Assembly: GCA_963715335.1 (NCBI GenBank)
Contig: CAVQRZ010000001.1
Span: 96,001-160,000, forward strand
Direction: 5' to 3'
Length of the DNA stretch: 64,000 nt
Origin: an uncultured delta proteobacterium
GTDB taxonomy: Bacteria > Desulfobacterota > Desulfuromonadia > Desulfuromonadales > BM103
Position 1 is the first letter of the stretch; the number at the start of each line of letters is the position of its first letter. The translations under genes and the position numbers were made by a program. Below are positions 17,182 through 27,113 of the stretch, in pieces. The notes below the pieces were generated by a model. That model was not told where the DNA came from, searched no databases, and was given only the letters and a program-made list of their open reading frames with translations.

Positions 17182-19662
17182 CTACTTGGTCACTTTGACC
17201 GGGATGACCGCTTCGCCCTTGTAGAGACGATTCACCTGCGCCTCGCCAAAGTGGTAGGGGGCAAAAACGACCCCCTTCGGCAGACGGTTGCCAACTTTCA
17301 CCTTCAGCTTCAGTTCTGCGCCGTTGCCGCTCACCTTGACCAGGTCACCGTCCGCAACCTTGAGTTCGGCAGCATCGTCGCGACAGAGTTCCACGTAAGC
17401 TTCGGACAGGACCGCCATTGGGCCCTTGGCCCGGGTGGAGACCGTACCGCTATGGTACAGCGCGCTGCCGGTGACCAGCTTGAAGTCTCCATCGGCGGCG
17501 ACACCGCCAGCGACCGCAACCAGTTTACGGCTGGCCGGCTGCAGGGTCTCACCACCCCAGACCGCTCCCTGGGGACCGATTTCGTTGTAATTGAATTCTG
17601 CGTAAGCCGGGACTTCCTTGCCAATTTCGGCAAAGATCGCTGCCGGACCGGTAAAGACCAGGCTGCTGCCCAGCTTGCCTGCCAGGGCAGTCAAAATCGC
17701 ACCGTCACTGCGGGCTTCACCGGGGCTCTTGATCCCGCGGCGAACTTTCTGGATCCGGCGCTCGGCATTCGTGAAAGTACCATCCTTCTCGGCGAACGAC
17801 GCTGCAGGGAAAACCACGTCTGCCTGTTCGGCGGTCGGCGAGAGGAACAGGTCCTGAACGACCAGGAACGGTACTTGCTCAAGAGCCTTGGCGATGCTGT
17901 CACGGTCCGGGTAGCTGCTCAACGGATCTTCGGCGACCACGTACAGCGCATCCAGCTTGCCGTCGGCGGCTGCGGCCAGCATCGCCCGGGCGCCCAGCCC
18001 TTTGCCTTGCGGCAGAACCCCGAGGTCGATAGCACCCTGGCTGTTGGCTTTCTCGCCGCAGAGATACAGGCCGCTGCCTGTTCTGCCGGCAATTCCGGTC
18101 AGCAACGCCAGATTGGCGGCTGCGGTTGCCAGTTCCTTGTTCAGGCCCTGGTAGGGCAAACCGTACGCCAGCAGGATGGCGGCATTACCGGCGCCGGCCA
18201 GCTGCCTGGCCGCAGCCTGCAGCGCCGCTGCGTCAACACCGGTCCGCTTGGCAACCTTGGCAGGAGTAAAATCGGCAAGAGCAGCCTTCAACTCCTTGAG
18301 ACCATCAACACCGTCTGTTTTGGCCAGGTCTTCATCAAGCAGAACCCTGCACATCGCGTTGATAACATCCAGTTCCAGGCCGGGCTGGCTCAAAAGAGTT
18401 TTCGCTCTCGGCAATTTGCTCAGTTTGCCTTTCTTGTCGGCAACGACCAGAAGCTGTGCTTCGTTGCGGCGAATCGCCTGGTTGACCACCATGCCGACCA
18501 CCGGATGGGTTTCGTAGAAATCTGAGCGGATCGCCAGAATGACATTCGCCTTCTCGATCTGCGGGAAGGTCCCCGTGGAGGCCGCGACACCGAGGGTCTC
18601 CTTGAGGCCTTCTGTGACGCCCTTGTAACACTCGCCACCCGAGTTATCGAGGTTCTCAGTGCCAAGGGTTTTGGCAACCTGCTTGAGCAGGAAAAGTTCT
18701 TCGTTGGTCAGGCGGGCACCGGCAAGGATCCCCGCGCCTTGTCCCTGCTGCGCCTTGGCCAGGCCGTCAGCGGCAACCCGCAGGGCTTCATCCCACTCGA
18801 CCTCGACCAGCTGGCCGTCTTTGCGTACCAGAGGCTTGGTCAGGCGGTTTTCATGGTTGACATAGGAATAACCGAAACGTCCGCGAATACAGAGGTTGCC
18901 GTCATTGACACCAATCTCATCGTTGAAGCGGATGGTTTCGACCTTATTGTCCTTGACGCCAAGGGTCACTGTGCAGCCGTTGCCGCAGTAACCACAGACG
19001 GAATCGACCTCCTTGATCTGCCATGGCCGCGCCTTGAACTTGAACGGCCGCGGCAGGATCGCCCCGACCGGACACAATGACACGCACTGGCCGCAGAATT
19101 CGCAGCTCAGGCCACGGTCATATGCAGTAGCGATCTTGGTTTCAAATCCGCGGTTGATGAACGAGTAGGAGCCGTACCCGACCACTTCATCGCAGACCCG
19201 GACACAGCGCCCGCAGAGTACGCAGCGGTTCATGTTGCGTTCGATCAGGGGGTTAACCTCGTCGGTCGGCAGGTCAAACTTTTCACCTTCGAAACGATTG
19301 CTGGTCGAACCGAACTCGTAGGCCAAATCCTGCAGGTCGCATTCGCCGCCCTTGTCGCAGACCGGGCAGTCGAGTACGTGGTTCACCAGCAGGAATTCCA
19401 TGACCGTCTTGCGAACTTTCTCAATCTCAGCAGATGTGGTCGTTACAACCATCCCTTCGCTGACCGGCGTGGTACAGGCGGGGATGAGGCGGCCCTTCAT
19501 CTGCTCGACCTGCACCAGGCAGAACCGGCAGGCGCCGTAGGGCATCAGCTTCTTGGCGTAGCAGAGCACCGGGATTTTGATCCCGATTTCCATGGCCGCT
19601 TCGTAGATTGTGGCCGTCTTGCTGACTGTGACCTGTGTACCGTCGATTGTCAGGTTAACCAT
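17182..19662 (-). CDS. nuoG: NADH-quinone oxidoreductase subunit G (FdhF/HydA-like FeS relay plus molybdopterin-oxidoreductase-like domain)
   Basis: GACRFC, NHVLDCPVCDKGGECDLQ, CVLCGRCVRVC, CEFCGQCVSLCP, CGYCGNGC..NLC, EKDGTFTNAERR; located between nuoF and nuoH. Confidence 0.9.
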   Translation of the reverse strand: MVNLTIDGTQVTVSKTATIYEAAMEIGIKIPVLCYAKKLMPYGACRFCLVQVEQMKGRLIPACTTPVSEGMVVTTTSAEIEKVRKTVMEFLLVNHVLDCPVCDKGGECDLQDLAYEFGSTSNRFEGEKFDLPTDEVNPLIERNMNRCVLCGRCVRVCDEVVGYGSYSFINRGFETKIATAYDRGLSCEFCGQCVSLCPVGAILPRPFKFKARPWQIKEVDSVCGYCGNGCTVTLGVKDNKVETIRFNDEIGVNDGNLCIRGRFGYSYVNHENRLTKPLVRKDGQLVEVEWDEALRVAADGLAKAQQGQGAGILAGARLTNEELFLLKQVAKTLGTENLDNSGGECYKGVTEGLKETLGVAASTGTFPQIEKANVILAIRSDFYETHPVVGMVVNQAIRRNEAQLLVVADKKGKLSKLPRAKTLLSQPGLELDVINAMCRVLLDEDLAKTDGVDGLKELKAALADFTPAKVAKRTGVDAAALQAAARQLAGAGNAAILLAYGLPYQGLNKELATAAANLALLTGIAGRTGSGLYLCGEKANSQGAIDLGVLPQGKGLGARAMLAAAADGKLDALYVVAEDPLSSYPDRDSIAKALEQVPFLVVQDLFLSPTAEQADVVFPAASFAEKDGTFTNAERRIQKVRRGIKSPGEARSDGAILTALAGKLGSSLVFTGPAAIFAEIGKEVPAYAEFNYNEIGPQGAVWGGETLQPASRKLVAVAGGVAADGDFKLVTGSALYHSGTVSTRAKGPMAVLSEAYVELCRDDAAELKVADGDLVKVSGNGAELKLKVKVGNRLPKGVVFAPYHFGEAQVNRLYKGEAVIPVKVTK

Positions 19663-19699
19663 CGTGTCCTCGTATCGTCAGTGAATAACTTGGTAAGTA

Positions 19700-21481
19700 C
19701 TAGTCAATTGCCATAAAACGGCAGGCGTCGTAACAGGAAGTACACTCGGTGCACGCCTCGCGATCGATAACGGCAACCTGGCCCTTCTCCCAGGCGATGC
19801 AGTCTACCGGGCAGACCTTCGGGCAGATGCCGCACTTCTTGCATTTCTCTTCGATAACCCTGAAATGCAGCAGTGGCTTGCAGCTGTGCGACGGGCACTC
19901 CTGCTCCTTGATGTGCGTCTCATACTCATGGCGGAAATAACGGATCGTCGAGAGAACCGGATTCGGCGCCGTCTGGCCGAGACCGCAAAGGGAACTCTTC
20001 TTGATATCGTAGGCCATGTCTTCGAGCAGCTCTATGTCACCTTCCCGGCCCTTGCCCTGCGTGATCCGCTCGAGAATTTCGAGCATGATCTTCAGGCCGA
20101 TCCGACAGGGAATACATTTGCCGCATGATTCCACGCGGGTGAAGTTGAGGAAGAAGCGGGCGATATCGACCATGCAGGTCGTCTCGTCCATGACCACCAG
20201 ACCACCTGAGCCCATCATGGCGCCGGCCTTGATCAGGGAGTCGTAATCGACCTCGGCATCCAGAGCTTCTGCCGGCAGACAACCCCCCGACGGGCCACCG
20301 GCCTGAACAGCCTTGAACTTGCGGTTGTTGAGGATGCCGCCACAGACGTCGTAGATGACTTCCTTCATGGTGGTGCCGGCAGGGACTTCGACCAGGCCGG
20401 TGTGCTTGACCTTGCCGGTCAGGGCAAAGATCTTGGTGCCCTTGGTCCCCTCGGTGCCGATGCTTGAGAACCAGTCGGCGCCGTTATAGAAGATGTAGGA
20501 AACGTTGGCGAACGTCTCAACGTTGTTGATGTTGGTCGGCTTGGCCCAGAGACCGCGCACCGCCGGAAACGGTGGACGGGGACGGGACATGCCGCGCTCA
20601 CCCTCAATCGAAGCCATCAGCGCAGTTTCTTCACCGCAGACGAAAGCGCCGGCGCCGGCCTTGATCCGTACATCAAACTTGAAACCGAGGCCCATGCAGT
20701 TGTCACCGAGGATGCCCTTTTCATGGCAGGTATCGATGGCTTTCTGCAGGCGCTTGATGGCCAGCGGGTATTCAGCGCGGCAGTAAACGTAACCGAAGTC
20801 GCAGCCGATCGCGTAGGCGGCGATCATCATCCCCTCGATAACCCCGTAGGGATCGCCTTCGAGGACTGAACGGTCCATGAAGGCCCCTGGGTCGCCCTCG
20901 TCAGCATTGCAGATCAGGTATTTGTGGTCACCCGGAGTTGCCTTGCAGAAAGACCACTTGACCCCCGTCGGGAAACCACCGCCACCACGGCCACGCAGAC
21001 CGGACTTCTTGACTTCCTCGATAACTTCCTCGGGAGTCATGGTCACTGCCTTTTTGATCCCCGTAAACCCCTTGTGCGCCAGGAAATCGTCTAGGCTCTC
21101 CGCGTCGATGGTGCCGCAGCGGGAGAAGATGATGCGCTGTTGTTTTTCCAGGAACTGGTTGTAGTACTTACCGGCGACCTTCTTTTCGACGGCCTCGTTC
21201 TTGAGCATGTGCTCTTCAACGATCTGCGGCACCAGATCAGCGGTGACGAAGTCGTAGGTCACAGCTTCCTGACCGGGCAGGATGACGTCAACCAACACGT
21301 CATTGGCACACAGTCCGCGGCAACCGGTCTTTTTGATATCGCAGCGCTTGCCGATCTTGGCCTCGACACCCTGCTTCGCGAATTCTGACTCAAAGGCGTC
21401 GATGACGCTCTGGGCTCCGGATGCGAAGCCACCGGTTCCGGTACAGATAAGTACTTGGATATTTTCAGCTGTTTCGGCCAT
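19700..21481 (-). CDS. nuoF: NADH-quinone oxidoreductase subunit F, long HydB-like form
   Basis: GLRGRGGGGFPTG, CNADEGDPGAFMD, GAGAFVCGEETAL, ESCGKCIPCR; N-terminal Cys-containing thioredoxin-like domain and C-terminal 2x[4Fe-4S]. Confidence 0.92.
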   Translation of the reverse strand: MAETAENIQVLICTGTGGFASGAQSVIDAFESEFAKQGVEAKIGKRCDIKKTGCRGLCANDVLVDVILPGQEAVTYDFVTADLVPQIVEEHMLKNEAVEKKVAGKYYNQFLEKQQRIIFSRCGTIDAESLDDFLAHKGFTGIKKAVTMTPEEVIEEVKKSGLRGRGGGGFPTGVKWSFCKATPGDHKYLICNADEGDPGAFMDRSVLEGDPYGVIEGMMIAAYAIGCDFGYVYCRAEYPLAIKRLQKAIDTCHEKGILGDNCMGLGFKFDVRIKAGAGAFVCGEETALMASIEGERGMSRPRPPFPAVRGLWAKPTNINNVETFANVSYIFYNGADWFSSIGTEGTKGTKIFALTGKVKHTGLVEVPAGTTMKEVIYDVCGGILNNRKFKAVQAGGPSGGCLPAEALDAEVDYDSLIKAGAMMGSGGLVVMDETTCMVDIARFFLNFTRVESCGKCIPCRIGLKIMLEILERITQGKGREGDIELLEDMAYDIKKSSLCGLGQTAPNPVLSTIRYFRHEYETHIKEQECPSHSCKPLLHFRVIEEKCKKCGICPKVCPVDCIAWEKGQVAVIDREACTECTSCYDACRFMAID

Positions 21482-21499
21482 AAAATCCTCGATCAGTTA

Positions 21500-22000
21500 T
21501 CAATCCATCTGCTGGTATTTTTTAATGACTTCGTCCGTCTTCTGGACGGTCAATGAACCATAGGTCGCGTCGCCGACCATGATGACCGGCGCCATCCCGC
21601 AGGCACCTATGCAAGCCACGTATTCGGCGGTAAACTTGAGATCTTCTGTGGTTTCGGCATGCCCGACGCCCAGTCGCTCCTTGATGACATCGGCGATCCG
21701 GCCAGCACCCTTGACGTGACAGGCGGTTCCCATGCAGACGCGGATGATATACTTGCCGCGCGGCTCGAGGTGGAACTGCGCATAAAAGGTCAGCACGCCA
21801 TAAATCTGGCTTGCGTAGATATTCAGGCGCTCGGCGGTAAGATGTACCGTCGGCTCGGGGATGAAGCCGTAGAACTCCTGAATCTCTTGCAGCGCCGGCA
21901 TCAGGGCGCCAGGGAAATCGACATACTTGTCGAGAATCTGGTTCGCTCCGGTCAGGTCGACGTCCTGTTCTTCCACTGTCGTTTCGACTGCTTCACTCAT
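21500..22000 (-). CDS. nuoE: NADH-quinone oxidoreductase subunit E
   Basis: GVLTFYAQF, VCMGTACHVKGA, CIGACGMAP ([2Fe-2S]). Confidence 0.94.
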   Translation of the reverse strand: MSEAVETTVEEQDVDLTGANQILDKYVDFPGALMPALQEIQEFYGFIPEPTVHLTAERLNIYASQIYGVLTFYAQFHLEPRGKYIIRVCMGTACHVKGAGRIADVIKERLGVGHAETTEDLKFTAEYVACIGACGMAPVIMVGDATYGSLTVQKTDEVIKKYQQMD

Positions 22001-22027
22001 AAGCTGATTCCCTATCCTCGCGACAGA

Positions 22028-23206
22028 TTAGCGGTCGATCTCACCCAGAACGATATCGAGTGTACCGATAACCGCGACAACGTCTGCGATCATCGACCCT
22101 TCGACCATCTTGGGCAAGGCCTGGAGGTTAATGAATGAGGCCGGGCGAATCTTCATGCGATACGGCCGGGCCGATCCGTCGGAAACCAGGTAAAAGCCGA
22201 CTTCGCCTTTGGGGTTTTCGACACCGACATAAACTTCACCAGCATCGGGCTTGAACCCTTCAGTGATAATCTTGAAGTGGTGGATCAGGCCTTCGATGGA
22301 GTTGACGGCAGCCTGCTTGGGCGGCAGGACGACTTTCGGTACGTCAGCCAGGATCGGACCGGGCTTGAGCTTGTCCAACGCCTGGTGGATCAGCTTGCAG
22401 GACTCGCGCATTTCCTTGAGCCGGCAATGGTAACGGGCCCAGGTATCGCAGCCGTCATCAACAATGACTTTGAAATCGTAGTTCTCGTAACCCGAGTAGG
22501 GCTGGTCGCGACGCAGGTCCCAATCCACGCCCGAGGCGCGCAGGCAGGGGCCGGTAACACCCAGGTCGATGGCATCTTCAGCGCTGAGCATGCCAACCCC
22601 CATGATCCGCTTCTGCCAGATCTTGTTGCCGGTCAACAGCCCTTCGTAGGTGTTGATATGCCCAGGCATGGTGTTGACGAAATCGCGAATTTCCTTCTCC
22701 AGACCGGCGGGAAGATCGGCCGAGAGGCCACCAACACGGAAATAGTTGGAGGTCATGCGGGCACCGGAGATCTTCTCGTAGATGTCCATGATGTGTTCAC
22801 GCTCGCGGAAGCAGTAGATGAACACGGTCATGGCGCCGATATCGAGAGCGTGACACGCCAGCCACACCAGGTGGCTCTTGAGTCGTGTCAACTCGGCAAG
22901 CAGAACACGCACCACCTGGGCACGCTCGGGAATCTCACCGGTGATCCCGAGCAGCTTCTCCACGGCCAGCACGTAGCCGAGATTGTTGTGCATGGGAGCC
23001 AGGTAGTCGAGCCGGTCAGTCAACGGCAGGATCTGGTGATAGGTTCTGTGTTCGGAAAGCTTCTCAATGCCACGGTGCAAATACCCGATGTGAGGGGTCG
23101 CCTTGCGAACAATTTCGCCGTCCAGCTCCAGAACCAGCCGCAACACCCCATGCGTCGAAGGATGCTGGGGGCCCATGTTGATGGTCATGGTTTCAAAATT
23201 CGCCAT
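22028..23206 (-). CDS. nuoD: NADH-quinone oxidoreductase subunit D
   Basis: NMGPQHPSTHGVLRL, GYLHRGIEK, DIVLGEIDR; no NiFe-binding CxxC motifs. Confidence 0.97.
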   Translation of the reverse strand: MANFETMTINMGPQHPSTHGVLRLVLELDGEIVRKATPHIGYLHRGIEKLSEHRTYHQILPLTDRLDYLAPMHNNLGYVLAVEKLLGITGEIPERAQVVRVLLAELTRLKSHLVWLACHALDIGAMTVFIYCFREREHIMDIYEKISGARMTSNYFRVGGLSADLPAGLEKEIRDFVNTMPGHINTYEGLLTGNKIWQKRIMGVGMLSAEDAIDLGVTGPCLRASGVDWDLRRDQPYSGYENYDFKVIVDDGCDTWARYHCRLKEMRESCKLIHQALDKLKPGPILADVPKVVLPPKQAAVNSIEGLIHHFKIITEGFKPDAGEVYVGVENPKGEVGFYLVSDGSARPYRMKIRPASFINLQALPKMVEGSMIADVVAVIGTLDIVLGEIDR

Positions 23207-23261
23207 ATTTCTGCCTCGTCTATGTTCAGGAGATACTTGAATTTGTAAAAATCAGGGTTCT

Positions 23262-23741
23262 TTATTCCAGCCGATCCTGGTAAGGCTCGCGGTCGGGGCC
23301 CTGCACCGGATAATCCTTGCGCAACGGGTGGCCTACCCAGTCGTCGGGCATCAGGATCCGCCGCGGGTCAGGATGGTTGTTGAAGGTAATCCCCATCAGG
23401 TCCCAGGTCTCGCGCTCCTGCCAGTTCGCCGTCGCCCAGACCCCACTCACGGTATCAATCCGGGCATCGTTCTCTTCAACCGGAGCCTTGATGCGCAAAC
23501 GGGTGTGTTCGCCGATGTTATAGAGCTGGTAGACCACCATGAAGCGAGGGGCCCGCCCCATGTAATCGACACCGCAGAGATCGGTCAGGAAGTTAAAACC
23601 AAGACCTTCCTTCAGGAAAGCGCAAACAGCGACAATATCCTCTTTCTTGACAACCACGGTGGTCTCGTCACGAAATTCGATGACTTCGAGCACCGTATCG
23701 CCGAACTTGTCCTTCAGTTTGTCAGCAGCCTGTAAACTCAT
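23262..23741 (-). CDS. nuoC: NADH-quinone oxidoreductase subunit C
   Basis: ANWQERETWDLMGI..HPDPRRILMP..GHPLRKDYP. Confidence 0.95.
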   Translation of the reverse strand: MSLQAADKLKDKFGDTVLEVIEFRDETTVVVKKEDIVAVCAFLKEGLGFNFLTDLCGVDYMGRAPRFMVVYQLYNIGEHTRLRIKAPVEENDARIDTVSGVWATANWQERETWDLMGITFNNHPDPRRILMPDDWVGHPLRKDYPVQGPDREPYQDRLE

Positions 23742-23784
23742 AAGGTTGTGTCCTGTCTATCTGGGTTAAAGTTGTTGATCGCGA

Positions 23785-24291
23785 TCAACCGTTAATCCGC
23801 TCACCAACGCCGATGCTGGCGCCGAAGGAATTCTTCTCCTTCATGATCTTTTCCTGCAGCTTCATGAGGCCGTACAACAGGCCTTCCGGGCGAGGCGGGC
23901 AGCCGGGGATGTAAACGTCAACCGGCAGCGACTCATCAATCCCCTGGACTGTACTGTAGGTATCGAAGATCCCCCCCGAGCACGCACAGGCACCCATGGC
24001 GATCACGTAACGCGGTTCCGGCATCTGCTCGTAAACCGTCTCGATAACCGGCAGCATCTTCTTGGTTACGGTTCCGGCGATAACGATCAGGTCGGCCTGC
24101 CGCGGTGACGCGCGGAAAAGCACCCCAAAACGGTCCAGGTCAAAACGGGCGGCACCGGTCGCCATCATCTCAATAGCGCAGCAGGCGAGGCCGAAAGTCA
24201 GCGGCCAGAGAGACTTAGAGCGAGACCAGTTGACGACCTTGTCAAGCGACGTGGTAATAATGTTATTACCCAGAGTTTCCTCTACTCCCAT
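23785..24291 (-). CDS. nuoB: NADH-quinone oxidoreductase subunit B
   Basis: [37 protein letters not shown]; start at MGVEE. Confidence 0.96.
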   Translation of the reverse strand: MGVEETLGNNIITTSLDKVVNWSRSKSLWPLTFGLACCAIEMMATGAARFDLDRFGVLFRASPRQADLIVIAGTVTKKMLPVIETVYEQMPEPRYVIAMGACACSGGIFDTYSTVQGIDESLPVDVYIPGCPPRPEGLLYGLMKLQEKIMKEKNSFGASIGVGERING

Positions 24292-24638
24292 TCCAGAGCT
24301 CCTTTTTTCCAAACGTATGCGTAACCGACGAGAAGAATCAGAATAAAGACCCCCATCTCGATAAAACCGAACAGGCCGAGACTCTTGAACATGACGGCCC
24401 AGGGGTACATGAATACCACTTCGATATCGAAAACGATAAAGAGCATGGCGATGATGTAGAACTTGATGGAGAACCGATCACGGGCCGAACCGACGGGCGG
24501 CATGCCGCACTCGTATGGAGCCAGTTTAACCGCTGACGGCTTTTTTTCGCCGACCAGTCGGGACAGAATGGCCGCTCCGAACGAGAAACAGATTGCGATG
24601 ATGATCAGGGTGAGAATCGGTAGATATCTATCCAGCAT
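24282..24638 (-). CDS. nuoA: NADH-quinone oxidoreductase subunit A
   Basis: [30 protein letters not shown]; start at MLDRY. Confidence 0.96.
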   Translation of the reverse strand: MLDRYLPILTLIIIAICFSFGAAILSRLVGEKKPSAVKLAPYECGMPPVGSARDRFSIKFYIIAMLFIVFDIEVVFMYPWAVMFKSLGLFGFIEMGVFILILLVGYAYVWKKGALEWE

Positions 24639-24715
24639 TGATAGGGTCCTCCTGCCAGGTGAGTGCAAAATTTCAATGGCCGCAACTATAGCGAAACGGC
24701 ATTTTGGCCGACTGC

Positions 24716-24744
24716 AAGTTAGGATAAATACGGGTCTTTGTCAA
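24716..24744 (-). promoter_or_regulatory. Sigma70-type promoter for nuo operon
   Basis: Minus strand TTGACA (24744-24739), 17-nt spacer, TAACTT (24721-24716). Confidence 0.6.
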
Positions 24745-24748
24745 GCGA

Positions 24749-24772
24749 AAAATACAGTATACTGTATGCAAT
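24749..24772. promoter_or_regulatory. Palindromic operator upstream of nuoA promoter (HgtR-like site)
   Basis: Perfect 16-bp palindrome ATACAGTATACTGTAT (24752-24767), overlapping GTATAC-T-GTATGC, just upstream of the -35 box. Confidence 0.55.
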
Positions 24773-24925
24773 CCAGAGGCCTGCAAACGCCCATCTTTCG
24801 GTGCTTTATGATTATTTTAGTCAGGAACTTAAAAAGACAAAAAAGCTGCGGGAATTAGCTGTCTTAGAGCAGATTAATCCCCTGTTCGGACATCCGGGAG
24901 AAAGGCTTAAGAGCGGGGCGATCAT

Positions 24926-25519
24926 TCAGTTGCGACGTGCGTCAAACTTGTTCATTGCTGCCAGCAAAAGACCCATGGCAATAAATGCGCCGGGGGGCAG
25001 GATCATCAATAACAGCGGCTGGTAACCCGGCCCGAATACGGCATACCCGAGCAAGGCGCCCGATCCGAGGAGTTCGCGGACCGAACCGAGGACAAACAGC
25101 GCGAGTGTGAAGCCGAGTCCCATACCCACCCCGTCGACGACCGCAGGGGCCAGCCGGTTCTTCGAGGCAAAAGCTTCGGCGCGACCGAGAATCAGGCAGT
25201 TCACGACAATCAGAGGGATAAAAATCCCCAGCGCCTTGTACAGATCATAAAAGTAGGCTTCCATGCACAGCTGTACAACGGTGACAAAGGAGGCGATTAC
25301 TACGATAAAGGACGGAATCCGCACTTTTGCCGGGATAACGTTGCGCAAAGACGACACCACGATGTTTGAACAGACCAGGACGAATGTCGTAGCCAGCCCC
25401 ATACCAAGACCATTTTCGGCACTGGTGGTGACCGCCAGCGCCGGACAGAGACCGAGCAGCAGGCGGAACACGGCATTGTGCCGCCAGAGACCTTTACGAA
25501 ATTCCTGGCCGATGGTCAT
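24926..25519 (-). CDS. rnfE: Rnf complex subunit E
   Basis: LLGLCPALAVT, LGIFIPLIVVNCLILGRAEAFA, ILPPGAF. Confidence 0.95.
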   Translation of the reverse strand: MTIGQEFRKGLWRHNAVFRLLLGLCPALAVTTSAENGLGMGLATTFVLVCSNIVVSSLRNVIPAKVRIPSFIVVIASFVTVVQLCMEAYFYDLYKALGIFIPLIVVNCLILGRAEAFASKNRLAPAVVDGVGMGLGFTLALFVLGSVRELLGSGALLGYAVFGPGYQPLLLMILPPGAFIAMGLLLAAMNKFDARRN

Positions 25520-26124
25520 GGCTTGCCTCCCCGGTTTTCAGCAAGAGCTGCGTCACGATGATCACGATAGAACTCCAACCCCTTGCGCACGGCACCGACC
25601 ACGGCCCGGGGCGAGATGGTCGCGCCGGTGATCTGATCAAACCCGCCACCATCCTTCTTGACCCGCCAGTCAGCATTGCCGAGGTTTTTGCCGGCGAAAT
25701 TCGCCTTGAATGACGGCAGGGCAATCTTGTCGCCCAGACCTGGGGTTTCAGCATGGCTGAGAATCTCAATCCCGGCAATCGTGCCATCCGGATCAATGCC
25801 GACCATAACCTCGATATTGCCGCTGTAGCCATCGGCCGCTACGACTTTGAATGCGACCCCGCTCAGCGCACCGTCCTGCCTGCCGCGGTAAAAAGTCCGC
25901 AGCATATCCCGGCCGCGCTTGTCCTTGCCCGTGACGAGTTGCACCGTGTCCTCGTCAGGCAGATTATTCGCTTGCGGCAGGACCGCCTGCAGGGCCCGCA
26001 GGGTTTCCAGGCGACGCTGCTCGGCAATCGGTTCACGGGTCACAGCCTCGACCAGGGAAAGGATCAGGCCGGCCCCGGCGGTAATCAGCGTCAGCACCAA
26101 AACCATGCGCGGCATACTGTTCAT
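25516..26124 (-). CDS. rnfG: Rnf complex subunit G
   Basis: N-terminal TM, GYSG, HAETPGLG, FDQITGATISPRA (FMN-Thr motif). Confidence 0.94.
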   Translation of the reverse strand: MNSMPRMVLVLTLITAGAGLILSLVEAVTREPIAEQRRLETLRALQAVLPQANNLPDEDTVQLVTGKDKRGRDMLRTFYRGRQDGALSGVAFKVVAADGYSGNIEVMVGIDPDGTIAGIEILSHAETPGLGDKIALPSFKANFAGKNLGNADWRVKKDGGGFDQITGATISPRAVVGAVRKGLEFYRDHRDAALAENRGGKP

Positions 26125-27113
26125 ACCCCGCCCCCTTGCCGCAAGGTGCCGAAGGTTCTCGGTTTCGTATAACGGTCGATCAACGGGGTCGCGGCGTTCA
26201 TGAGGAGAATCGCAAACGAGACCCCTTCAGGATACCCGCCGAACAAACGAATCAGGACGGTCAGCACACCGCAGCCTATGCCGAACAACAGCATCCCCCG
26301 AGTCGAAACCGGCGTGGTCACCATGTCCGTAGCCATGTAGAAAGCCCCCAGGACCAGGCCGCCGGTCACCAGGTGAAAAACCGGACTAGGATACCTGGCC
26401 GGATCGATCAGCCAGAATATGCCGGAAAGCAGGACCACTGTGCCGACGTAGGTCGCCGGGATATGCCAGGTCAGAATCCGGCGATAAAGGAGATAGGCCG
26501 CGCCGAGCAGCAGGGCCAATGCCGACACCTCGCCGATACAGCCGGGCATATCCCCGAGAAAATAGCCGGCCATGCTGCCCTGCATCGCAGCGGGCATTTC
26601 GCCGGTGAGCATAACCGCATTCTTCCATTCACCCAGGGGCGTTGCAGTTGTCACCAGGTCGAGCCCGGAGCCCAGCGGGGCGGGCGCCGACCAGGTCGTC
26701 ATCTGCACCGGGAAAGAGATCAGCAGCACAACCCGGGCGACCAGAGCAGGGTTAAAAGGGTTCGAACCCAGGCCGCCATAAACCTGCTTGCCGATCGCTA
26801 TCGCAATCACCGCGCCGAGCAGGGTCAGCCACCACGGGCTGGTTGGCGGCAGGTTGAGAGCCAGCAGAACCCCGGTAATCGCGGCACTGCCATCAGCAAT
26901 CGTCACTGTCTGACCCATCAAGCGCTGACAGACAGCTTCAGTCGCCAGACAGCCGAGCGTTGCAATCAGCAGCACACCCAGGGCCGGTACACCAAAGAAG
27001 TAAACAGCCACGCCACAGGCCGGGGCCAGACTGTAGAGCACAGCACGCATGACCTTCGGGATGGTCTCGCCGGAATGCACATGCGGAGAAGATGACAGGT
27101 AGAGTTGACTCAC
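26121..27113 (-). CDS. rnfD: Rnf complex subunit D
   Basis: SSSPH, GGLGSNPFNPAL, TTATPL (FMN site), FYMATD, GYPEGVSFAILLMN; GTG start. Confidence 0.95.
   Translation of the reverse strand: MSQLYLSSSPHVHSGETIPKVMRAVLYSLAPACGVAVYFFGVPALGVLLIATLGCLATEAVCQRLMGQTVTIADGSAAITGVLLALNLPPTSPWWLTLLGAVIAIAIGKQVYGGLGSNPFNPALVARVVLLISFPVQMTTWSAPAPLGSGLDLVTTATPLGEWKNAVMLTGEMPAAMQGSMAGYFLGDMPGCIGEVSALALLLGAAYLLYRRILTWHIPATYVGTVVLLSGIFWLIDPARYPSPVFHLVTGGLVLGAFYMATDMVTTPVSTRGMLLFGIGCGVLTVLIRLFGGYPEGVSFAILLMNAATPLIDRYTKPRTFGTLRQGGGV

Noticed and set aside
22028..23206. Group 4 [NiFe]-hydrogenase interpretation of the nuo or mrp clusters
   Set aside because: NuoD lacks both NiFe-binding CxxC motifs, and the mrp operon has no catalytic subunit genes.
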